Shown piece after piece: positions 53,101-64,000 of a stretch of 64,000 nt of DNA. The stretch covers positions 70,432,001 to 70,496,000 of the forward strand of contig OX597826.1 of the NCBI GenBank assembly GCA_951406725.2. Reading direction: 5' to 3'. Source of the DNA: Octopus vulgaris. Its lineage: Eukaryota. Position 1 is the first letter of the stretch; each line of letters starts with the position of its first letter. The notes under the pieces are model-generated. The model searched no databases. It saw nothing but the letters and a program-made list of their open reading frames with translations, and had not been told where the DNA came from. Made by a program: the position numbers and the translations under genes.

Positions 53101-55675
53101 GACCACACACTCTTAACCGTTATCCACACCTTCGTAAGCCGAAAAGTATAGACAAGAACGTCGTGTCCCCTGAAAACTACCCCTTCATTTCTCTCACTCC
53201 ATAAACGTCCTCTCTAACACAACTTTCTTTTCATCTCACAATTATTCACTGGCAAACATGTTCTCTACTCACACCTACACTTACATTTATACACTCATAT
53301 ACATACACATAACTTTATAATTACCGAAACTATTGTTCCTGACTCACCATCATTTCCGTTTTTTTTTTTTACTTTTCCCGTATCTGTACATTCATCACAC
53401 ACGCTTTGATCATCACTAACTTATATATATTTCTTTACTACCCACAAGGGGCTAAACATAGAGGGGACAAACAAAGACAGACAAACGGATTAAGTCGATT
53501 ACATCGACCCCAGTGCATAACTTGTACTTAATTTATCGACCCCGAAAGGATGAAAGGCAAAGTCGACCTCGGCGGAATTTGAACTCAGAACGCAGAGGCG
53601 GACGAAATAAATTACCCAAAGCATTTCGTCCAGCGTGCTAACCTTTCTGCCAGCTCGCCGCCTCTATCATCACTAACTTATATATTTCATCCTTTTTTTT
53701 TTACTTATCTTTTATGAGTGACTGGCAGACGAAATTGTTCAAAGCGTATACATAGACGTATGTCAATTAATTAATGATGCATTTCTCAGCGTTTATTCAA
53801 TAATCTGAACTTTGATGTTAGGCACACCTACAAGTTTTATTATCAGCGAATTGTAAACAAATATGTCTCTGTGAGCAGAAACACTGGCGATTATCCTAGC
53901 CAGTTTCATCACTGTTTGGTGACTCGTTAGCGAACCTGAATATTCTAGCCACAGGATGAGTGATAGCATCATTTATATCAAACTGAAACCAGGACTCGAC
54001 TGAAACATCAAGCCTAATTTGCATAACAATTAATAATGTACTAAAGCCTAATTTGCATAACAGTGCTTTCATCGGCAACCTGACTGATCAATTAATAATG
54101 TACTAAACAGTATTTATTGAATAATTTGAAATTTATTGAGGTCTGGCGAACCAGATGGCTGCACCAGGCTCCAGTCTTGATCTGGCAGTTTCTACAGCTG
54201 GATGCCCTTCCTAACGCCAGCCACTCCGAGAGTGTAGTGGGTGCTTTTACGTGCCACCGGCACGAGCACCAGTCAGGCGGTACTGGCAATGGCCATGCTC
54301 AAATGGTGCTTTTTATGTGCCACCTGCTCAGGAGCCAGTCCAGCGGCACTGGCAACGACCTCGCTCAAATGTTTTTTCATGTGCAGGCAGCACAAGTGCT
54401 AGTAAGGTGACACAGGTAATGATCATGCTCGAATGGTGTTTTTAACATGCCATCGGCATGGAGGCCAGCTTGTTGCTCTGGCAACGATCTCACTTGTATG
54501 GTACTCTTAGTGCTCCACTAGCACGGATGCCAGTCATCGAACTTGATTTTGATTTTGATTTCGATTTCTCTTGCCTCAACAGGTCTTCGCAAGTAGAGTT
54601 TAGTATCCAATGAAAGAAAGGCACTCGTAAGTGGACTGGTTACACCCATGGCATAGGCCACAAGGTTATGGTCTCACTTGCGCTTGTCGAGTCTTCTCAA
54701 GCACGTATACATTAATAGAATAAACTCTCAGTTTTCCAAATAGTGAATGAAAACTTAAAAGAGAAAGTAAGAGACTTTACAAATGAGAATGGAATGGTCC
54801 GCAGTGAATGCAATGAATATTTAAATTTGCGAGAAATTGGAGTTAAAAAATATTCAAGAAACTCGAGAAATCAAAATTATAGAAAATTTCTTAGAACATG
54901 AATTTATAAAAATATTTCCAGATGGTCAACTCTTTGATAGTTGCTTTCTTTTATTAATTATTACATACCTAATTGATAAGCAGCTTTCTCCGTTATAGTA
55001 TAGATGTGCATGTATAAAGAAAAGCCGTTAGAAAACCGATTATAGCAGTGACTCCATCTAAGAATATCCGAAGTCGGAATATTATTCTGAAATATCATAT
55101 CAGCCTATGGGTGACTAAATTACAACAGGTATATTTTTTTTTTTTTTTTTTTTTTTGTACTTGTTTCAGTCATTTGACTGCGGCCATGCTGGAGCACCGC
55201 CTTTTGAGTAAAGCAGGGATCACCACCACCTGCCGGAGCCTCGTGGAGCTTTTAGGTGTTTTCGCTCAATAAACACACACAACGCCCGGTCTGGGAATCG
55301 AAACCGCGATCCTCCGACCGCAAGTCCGCTGCCCTAACCACTACGCCATTGCGCCTCCACGCAATGAACCCATTGTCTATGTTATAGTGCATTGTTGTGC
55401 AATTCAAAACTTTTTATTCTTTACAGACAATACACAATGCTTCAAGCAAACTACAATCCCTCTCTCTCTCTCTCTCTCTCTTTCGGAGAGGCACTGAGCA
55501 GCTATACGCCCACATACACACACGGCAGTAACTTCCACCTACCGAATTCAATCACAAAGCTTCGGTCGACTCGGGGCTATAGCGGAAGACACCTACCCAA
55601 AGTGCCACGCAGTGGGACTGAACCCGAAACCATGTAGTTGGGAAGCAAGCTCCCTCCTCTATATATATATAATCA

Positions 55676-56134
55676 ATCCGTGCTGATGACTGGCATCCAT
55701 GCTAGTGGAGCGCTAAGAGTACCATACAAACGTGATCGTTGCCAGAGCAACAGGCTGGCCTCTGTGCTGGTGGCACGTAAAAAGCACCATTCGAGCGTGA
55801 TCGTTACCTGTGTCGCCTTACTGGCACTTGTGCTGGTGGCACATAAAAAAAACATTTGAGCAAGGTCGTTGCTAGTGCCGCTGGACTGGCTCCAGTGCAG
55901 GTGGCACATAAAAAGCACCATTTGAGCATGGCCGCTGTCAGTACTGCCTGCCTGGCCCTCGTGCCGGTGGCAAGTAAAAGCACCCACTACACTCTCAGAG
56001 TGGTTGGCGTTAGGAAGGGCATCCAGCTGTAGAAACTCTGCCAGATCAGACTGGGGTCTGGTGCAGCCCTCAGTCAAATCATCTAACCCATGCTAGCATG
56101 GAAAACGGACGTTAAATGATGATGATGATGATGA
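55676..56134 (+). mobile_element. LINE-tail-like repeat with tandem about 55-60 nt units and (GAT)n tail
   Basis: Repeated gtgcNggtggcacRtaaaaagcacc units, then ggttggcgttaggaagggcatccagc...cccatgctagcatggaaa..(gat)n; also near 4570-4950, 37330-37690, 47230-47510, 48710-48915, 49050-49390, 54135-54560, 60830-61265, 61460-61705. Confidence 0.75.
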
Positions 56135-56389
56135 TTTAATGTCTGTTTTCCATGCTGGCATGGGTTGGACAGTTTGACAGAATGCTGACCAAGATTCATG
56201 TCTATTTTGGCATGGTTTCTATGGCTGGATGCCCTTCCTAATGCCAACCACTTTACAGAGTGTATTGGGTGCTTTTACACAACACCAGTATGGGTGCTTT
56301 TTATGTGGCACCAGGACTTGCGAGCCTGTGAGATTTGGGAAGCTCAGCTGGAGAGGGTTGCAAGGGATAAGCTTCTGTTCAAGGGCAGC

Positions 56390-56543
56390 CAAGCTTTTAC
56401 CTAGCTTGACATGTCCTTTCAAGCACAGCAAACTGCCAGGAGTCTTAATCGCCTGTCATCCCGTCTGTGAGGCCCAACATTTGTAGATCCTTTCTCACCA
56501 CTTTGTCTTACATCTTCCGAGGCCTACCCCTTCCACACATTCC

Positions 56544-56588
<45 letters not shown>

Positions 56589-57290
56589 CATACACACAAT
56601 GGGCTTCTTTCAGTTTCCATCTACCGTTATACATGTACATATATATATATATACATATATACGACAGGCTTCTTTCAGTTTCCGTCTACCAAATCCACTG
56701 ACAAGGCATTGGTTGGCCTGAGGCTATAGTAGAAGACACTTGCCCAAGGTGCCACATAGTGGGACTGAACCCGGAACCATGTGGTTCGTAAGCAAGCTAC
56801 TTACCGCATCTTGATGCAACTGTCTTCATTCATATGCATTACATGGCCAAACCGGTGCAGTTTTCTCTTTTGCACACTACATCTAATGCTACATATACCC
56901 AGTTTTTTCTCAAATCACTAACACCCTGTTGTATATGCACACTGACATTAGCCATCCAGTGAAGCATGTCCTCAGTACTCACAGCCATGTAGCATAGCTC
57001 TCTGTACACAGGCGCCATACAAACTGCCTTTCACTCTGAGGGAGAGGCCCTTTGTTACTAACAAAGGTGTTGGCACATAAAAAGCACCCACTACACTCAC
57101 GGAGTAGTTGGCGTTAGGAAGGGCTGTAGAAACACTGCCAGATCAGACTGGAGCCTGGTGCAGCCACCTGGCTTCCCAGACCCCAGTCGAACCGTCCAAC
57201 CCATGCTAGCATGGAAAGCGGACGTAAAACAGAAAGACAAAGACAAAGGTAGAAGCTCTCTGAACTCCGCCCAGCTTTTTCCTATTCTAG
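56390..57290 (-). mobile_element. RTE-clade LINE remnant interrupted by SINE and other repeats
   Basis: Minus strand gives ...VQKRKLHRFGHVMHMNEDSCIK (near 56850) and VEGMCGRGRPRK (near 56530). Confidence 0.68.
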
Positions 57291-58281
57291 TCTAGGGGTC
57301 GCCAAAGGGGATCAAAGGGGCCCCCTAAGGGTCAGTGAGGAATTAAAGGGAGTCGATGATAGCCAAAGTGTTGACTGTGGGGTAGGCGTACAAAAGGCCA
57401 GCTCACCCAGATGATCTACTTGAAATACTTAGCGCCAACCTCATCCCTCGCATTGATGCTGCCAATTCCAGTAAAAGATATTCCAGCAATTTGATGCATT
57501 TTTTACATTTTCTAACCATGAAAAGAATTTCATAAAAATTGAAACCTTAATACTGTATACTCTTTACTATTTTACTCTCTTTAACTTGTTACAGTCATTT
57601 GACTGTGGCCATGCTGGAGCACTGCCTTTAGTCGACTAAATCGACCCCGGGACTTATTCTTTGTAAGCCCAGTACTTATTCTATCGGTCTCTTCTGCCAA
57701 ACAGCTAAGCTACGGGGACGTAAACACACCGGCATCGGTTGTCAAGCGATGTTGAGGTGACAAACACACACACACACACATACATATAAATATATATATA
57801 CATATATACAACGGGCTTCTTCCAGTTTCCATGTACCAAATCCACTCACAAGGATTTGGTCGGCCCGAGGCTATAGTAGAAGACACTTGCCCAAGGTGCC
57901 ACGCAGTGGGACTGAACCCGGAACCATGTGGTTGGTAAGCAAGCTACTTACCACACAGCCACTCCTACACCTTGTATACTCGTATACTCGCACAAGTAGT
58001 TTTAAATTTAAAAAGTGTTTCATTTTCAATAGAATTTCTCAATATTTGTTGTATATGTGTATTTTAGCTAACATTTTAATCGCGAGCATCAGTATTTAAG
58101 ATATGGTGTGGTAGGTTAGGGTATTTAGATGTTTTAAATGAGGAGGATGGTCGATGCAGAGGAAGAAGTGGCTGAAGAGGGTCGATGGTTAAAAAAGTTT
58201 AGTGACCTCTGTTCTAGTAACTACACTTTCAGAACAACCACCCCCACTACTAACGTAGTCACCTAAGTAACAGAAACTATG

Positions 58282-58360
<79 letters not shown>

Positions 58361-58841
58361 CACAGGAGTGGCTGTGTGGTAAGAAGCTTGCTTCCTAACC
58401 ACACGGTACCTGGTTCAGTTCCACTGCTTGGCACCTTGGACTAGTGTCTTCTATAGCCTCAGGCTGACCAAAGCCTTGCGAATGGATTTGGTAGACGGTA
58501 GACGGAAACTGAAAGAAGCCCATCGTGTATATATATATATATATGTGTGTGTGTGTATATATATATGTATGTATTGTGTGTTTCTGTTTGTCCCTCCCCC
58601 CATCACTTGACAACTGATGTTGGTGTATTTATGTCTCCGTAAACTTAGCAGTTTGGCAAAAGAGACTGATAGAATAAATACTAAGCTTACAAAGAATCAG
58701 TCCTGATGTCGATTTGTGCAGCTAAAGGCGGTGCTCTAGCATGGCCACAGTCAAATAACTGAAACAAGTAAAAGAATAAAAGAAAGACTATGTATGTATG
58801 TGTGTGTGTGTATATATATATGTATGTATGTATATATATTG

Positions 58842-58872
<31 letters not shown>

Positions 58873-59347
58873 TTCTTTTTAATTCTCTTTCTGTTTATTT
58901 TCCCGTGTCCCTTCCTGTTGAAGAGCGTAGGATTGAAACATAAAAGACTTCCTCACCTTTCTGAACGTTAAACTAATGCACCTGTTTGTTGTTTACACAC
59001 CTGTCTTCATCTTTTATTCTTCTGTAAATCACAACTATCTGTGTCATATGCATTTATACAGACCCACACATGAGAAATTATGAGCAAAGCAAGTTTATAT
59101 TCACTTGTTTATATCACTGGGAACAAAAAACATAAACTTGTTTATCCTGATTTCCCCCCTACTTTTACTTTGCGTTTCATAACTAGTAGTGCTACCGAGT
59201 ACTAACCAAACCACTGCACTGGCAGTAAGCTGTGCAGTGATCCACATCGATCTCTAAACTCAACAGTAGCAGTTGTACACTTGTCTGTACACCCAAGATA
59301 TACTGTATTTTAATGTTATAAAGTGCCCCCTAATTTTTTTGGCTTAA

Positions 59348-59567
59348 CCCTTTCGTTACTGTATTTATTTTGAGATGCTCTGTGTTTCTTTCAATTATTT
59401 TAAATATGACAAAGAATTTAGTAAAATAACTTAGTTATCTTTCAGCTGGTGTTAGGAACATAAATTGTGACTAAGGTTTAGTGGAAGATTTTAATTCAAA
59501 ACTTATGAAAACAAGACATTTTACCACAGAGCCAGAGCCGGTTTTGGCCGGGTTAGTAACAAAATGG
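59348..59567. mobile_element. piggyBac-type MITE, second family
   Basis: TTAA|CCCTTTCGTTAC...GTAACAAAATGG|TTAA. Confidence 0.72.
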
Positions 59568-59612
59568 TTAAATTTGGAAAAAAAAGGTTTTGTAAGGGAT
59601 TATGATACTATC

Positions 59613-59850
59613 AAAAGCTGTTCGATTCACTTCAACATTTAAGTTTAATTTGTCGAAATATTTTCGTCGCTTTAAGACCGCGACCTGTTCACTGACAAAA
59701 ATCTGTGCTGCATTTTTGTCAGTGAACAGGTTGCGGTCTTAAAGCGACGAAAATATTTTGACAAATTAAACTTAAATGTTGAAGTGAATCGAACGGCTTT
59801 TGTGTGTTTCTTAAATGGCTTACAAACACCTCCCACGCTGCAATTGTTTT
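59613..59850. repeat. Second fold-back copy of the 14071-14330 family
   Basis: gttcgattcacttcaacattt...aaatgttgaagtgaatcgaac; different fold-back point from the first copy. Confidence 0.9.
59718..59762 (+). ncRNA. Minimal hammerhead, G3-C8 variant (same family as 14158-14202; mirror copy at 59652-59696)
   Basis: GTCA-GTGAACA-G-GTTGC ggtcttaaa GCGAC-GAA-AATATT-T-TGAC; stem II change is a G.U wobble. Confidence 0.62.
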
Positions 59851-60528
59851 CGTTTCAGCACACGATCTCAGATCAAATCACTTGCTATGCAAGTACATCT
59901 CCGTAATATGATACTATCCATGTATAAGAAACGCCCATATTTTATTTTTGACAAAAATGTGTTCCTTACACATGTTAAAATACAGTATATCATCATTGTC
60001 ATCATTAAATGTTCATCTTTCATGTTGGCATGGGTTAAATGGATTGACACATGCTGGCAATCTAGAGGACCACCCCAAACTCCACTGTCTGTTTTGGCAT
60101 AATTTTTACAGCTGGATGCTCTTCCTGATGCCAACCAACCACATTACAGAGTGAACTAAAGGCTACTAATATTCTCTTGCTGTTAAGACATGGTTAAGTA
60201 GTTTTTTATAACGTGCTTACAGCGATCTAGCAATCTTGATCTTGAAAATTGCTTGGAGTCACAGGGTGCATTATAAAACCTGACTAACCACATTTCTCAA
60301 TGGCAAGAAAATATTAAATAGCTCTTATTGTAATACAGTGTATATTCAGTGATATTTGTGGTTCACTGGATGTAGTACTTATTTTTGTTGATCTTTGCTT
60401 ACCAACCACATAGTTCTAGGTTCAGTCCCACTGTGTGGTACCTTAGGTAAGTGTCTTCTACTATAGCCTAAGGCCAACCAAATCCTTGTGAGTGGATTTG
60501 GTAAATGGAAACTGAAAGAAGCCTGTCG

Positions 60529-60562
<34 letters not shown>

Positions 60563-60796
60563 TATATCATCATCGTTTAACGTCCGTTTTCCATGCTAGC
60601 ATAGATATATATATGATAGATCGCTAGCCACTACACATTCTTTATTTTCTCTCCTTGTTTCTCTCTGTGTTCCTTTCTGTGGAAGAGCGTAGACTTAAAA
60701 CGTTAAAGACTTCACTTCCCAAGCGTTATACTAATACATCTGTTTGTTGTCTACACCACCTCTCTTCGTCCTTTTTTTCTTTTTTGTGAATTATCC

Positions 60797-60834
<38 letters not shown>

Positions 60835-63800
60835 CCAAATCAAAATAGATGAACATCAATGGAATTTGTATGTTTGTGGTACCAGTGCCGATGGCATATA
60901 AGAAAGCCATCCGAACGTGGCCGTAGCCAGTACCGCATCGACTGGCCTCCGTGCTGTGGGCACATAACAAACACCATCCGATCGTGGCTGTTGGCCAGCC
61001 TCGTCTGGCACCTGTGTCGGTGGCACATAAAAAACACCATCCGAGCGTGGCCGTCTGCCAGCCTCGTCTGGCACCTGTGTCGGTGGCACATAAAATCACC
61101 CACTACACTCTCAGAGTGGTTGGCGTTAGGAAGGACATCCAGCTGTAGAAACACCGCCAGATCTGACTGGCCTGGTGCAGCCTTCGGGCTCCCCAGACCC
61201 CAGTTGAACCGTCCAACCCATGCTAGCATGGAAAGCGGACGTTAAACGATGATGATGATGATGATATAGCCTTTCATGAAAAGCATGTCTGGCCATAAGA
61301 GAAATATCACCTTGCTTGGAAATAAACGAAGGTTGGTGATAGGAAGAGCACCTGCCAACATAAAATCTGCCTCAGCAAATTGTCACTCACCCATGCAAAC
61401 ATGGAAAAGTGGACATTGATGATGATGTTCATAATGTATATATGTATATATATGTAAAATGGCACATAAAAAGCGCCATCTGAACATGGTCAATGCTGGT
61501 GCCTCCTGAATGGCTCCCATGCCGGTGGCACGTAAAAATACACCTGCTAGACTCTCGGAGTAGTTGGCATTAGGAAGGGTATCCAGCTGTAGAAACCTTG
61601 CCAGATCAGATTGGGGCCTGGTGCTGCCTACTGGTTCGCCAGTCCTCAGTCAAACCGTCCATCCCATGCCAGCATGGAAAGTGGACGTTAAATGATGATG
61701 ATGATGTCTCCCTTGTCTATGCCACCAATGTAAAAAGTTGGCAAGAAGCAGCACAGCTTGAAACCAGTGCCATTGCAAGCTTGTCATCAGAATGCAATGA
61801 ACCAGATGGTCTGGCTCTGGGTTGGTGAAAGGACAAATTTGACCAAAGTAAGATCGAAATTCAGTGCATAGAGCATCAGAGTAAGTCTAGCCAAGTCATT
61901 TAACCTGTTACTTTAAGTAAAGGTCAAGTTACCTTCGCGAGTCATGTTGACTAATAAGGGCTGGTCTCCCAGTATAAATTTCCCACCTGGACAGGATACC
62001 AGTCTATCACAGGATTACTCATATTTCCCAGCTGACTGGACTGGAACAACATGAAATGAAGGGTTGCCCGGTCCAGGTAAGATACCATAATCTTATGGTA
62101 ATGAGTCCAACACCCTAAACACTAAGCCTCGTGCCTCCACTCTGTTACTTTAAGGGTTAGTCCACGTTAGTCTGTAAGGAACATAGGGCCTGTTTCCTGT
62201 TTTCTCTCATGTGTATATATTCCTCCCTGGATGGGACGCTAGTCCATCATGAGATAACTCATTTTTACTGGAGCGCTGTGAAACGCAATGTTTTGCTTGA
62301 GAACACAACGCACCGCCCAGTCCAGCATTTGAAACTACAATTTTACGATCGTGAGTTCACCACCCTAACCACTAATCCACACAGCTAATTGCTTTAATGA
62401 CTCAGCTACAAAGTACGCACACACACACACACACATGCACACACTGCAAAAAATCACCACTTCTTTCAAAACAGAAACTACTTCAGTTCCAATCAGTTGT
62501 TGACCCCTGTACAAAGTTCAAGTGTGTTCCATACTGGAAGGCTGCTCATGCTTCAGAGATAGCGACTTTTCAAATGTGTTTTAAAATGCCAACCCGAGCT
62601 TTGCGAGCGAGTACTTCGTTGTCTCCCACACTTGATCTTTGTTGAGGAAGGGAGGAGGCCCGGTAGCTTATTATTGTAGCTGAAGTAGTTCATTCTTGTT
62701 TTGAAGGTGTTGGTAATGACTGTTTGATTTAAGAAGTTTATATTGCAACTGTGTGGTTTATGGTTCAATTCCACTGCATGGCACATTGGACAACTTGTTT
62801 TCTGCTATGGTCTCAGATTGACCAAAATTTTGTTAGTGGAAGCACATGGCCTAGTGGTTAGAGCAGCAGACTCACGGTCGAGGGATCGTGGGTTCGAATC
62901 TCAGACCGGGCTATGTGTGTTTTTATGAGCAATACACCTAAGCTCCACGTGGTTCCGGCAGAAGGTAATGGCGAACTTCTGCTGACTCTTTCGCCATAAC
63001 TTTCTCTCACTCTTTCCTCCTCACCTGCATTTTGCAGCTCACCTTCGACGGACCGGCATCCCGTCCAGGTGGGGAACCTATACGCCAATGAAACCTGGAA
63101 ACCGGTCCTTATGAGCCAGGCATGGCTCGAGAAGGAACAAACAAAAATTTTGTTAGTGAATTCTGGTTGGTAGAAATTATACAGAAGCCTAGTTGCATGC
63201 GCACGTGTGTGTGTCTGTCTGTCTGTCTATCTCTGTGCTTCAACATTGACACTTTTGATGACAGTAATGTCTGTCTCGCATAAATTGTACAGAGTAGCCC
63301 AAAAGTAGGTTTGTAGTTATTCAACTATCTCTTTCGCATTCATATATTAACAATTTAGATCTTAATTATAAAAAAAATATGAAACCATTATTCTATGCTA
63401 ATTTAGTTTAATTTTGTCAGCGTCCCTTTTCAGTTTGTAAGACAGAAATTTAGATGTAATAAAACGTTTTAAAAGAAATTTAAAGTGCTTACATGATAAC
63501 TGTAAACTTATTTTGGGCCACCTTGCATGTTCCATAACTTGGCGGCCCAACATATGAGGACTAGTGGAGTTAAATATCTAACATGTAAACAAGCATGGAA
63601 AAAATGAACGTACAGACGATGATGTGAACGAAAACTGTTGCTAGACTTTCTCTCTCTCTCTGTCCCTCACACACACAACAACAACCAGCTTCTTTCAGTT
63701 TCCATCTACGGAACTCACTCACAAGGCTTTGGTCATCCTGGGGTTATAGTTGAAGAATCTTACCGAAAGTGTCACACAGTGAGACGGAATCTGAAACCAT

Positions 63801-64000
63801 GCAGTTGTGGGTTGTGAAGTGAACTTGGGAACCACACAGTTTGTGTCAACGGATTTAATGCGGAGAGCATCCAAAAACGTGTTTGGAAAAAATATGCCAT
63901 GAGGAAGAGATAACATTAGTTCCATGATTAATATTATTTTAATTATTTTGATGACACCCTCAGACAAAGCATAGACTACACTGCATACTTGTCAAAGAGA

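Overview
AT-rich, repeat-dense eukaryotic DNA, most likely from an octopus (inferred from the tRNA-derived SINE families and the microsatellite load; not verified by search). One intact protein-coding gene is supported: a three-coding-exon DNAJC22/Wurst-like gene on the minus strand (30574-30187, 16743-16274, 12184-11999; 347 aa; N-terminal TM2-like domain, C-terminal J domain with HPD). Almost all other ORFs in the track are microsatellite or SINE artefacts. The rest is SINEs, RTE-type LINE fragments, MITEs, Helitron-like pieces, a decayed Penelope-like ORF and many fold-back (palindromic) insertions. Two observations stand out. (1) At least nine unrelated sequence families contain minimal type-I hammerhead-ribozyme folds with a self-complementary stem III, and the 3:8 core pair covaries between families (C-G, U-A, G-C); most lie in inverted repeats inside or near the gene. 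(2) A 167-bp, about 98% identical inverted copy of the start of the DNAJC22 coding exon lies about 0.6 kb into intron 1, fused to one of these hammerheads. It would give the pre-mRNA a long exon-intron duplex with an A:C mismatch in a UAG context, suggesting a Penelope-generated ADAR editing guide. All RNA structures were folded by eye and none is experimentally shown.
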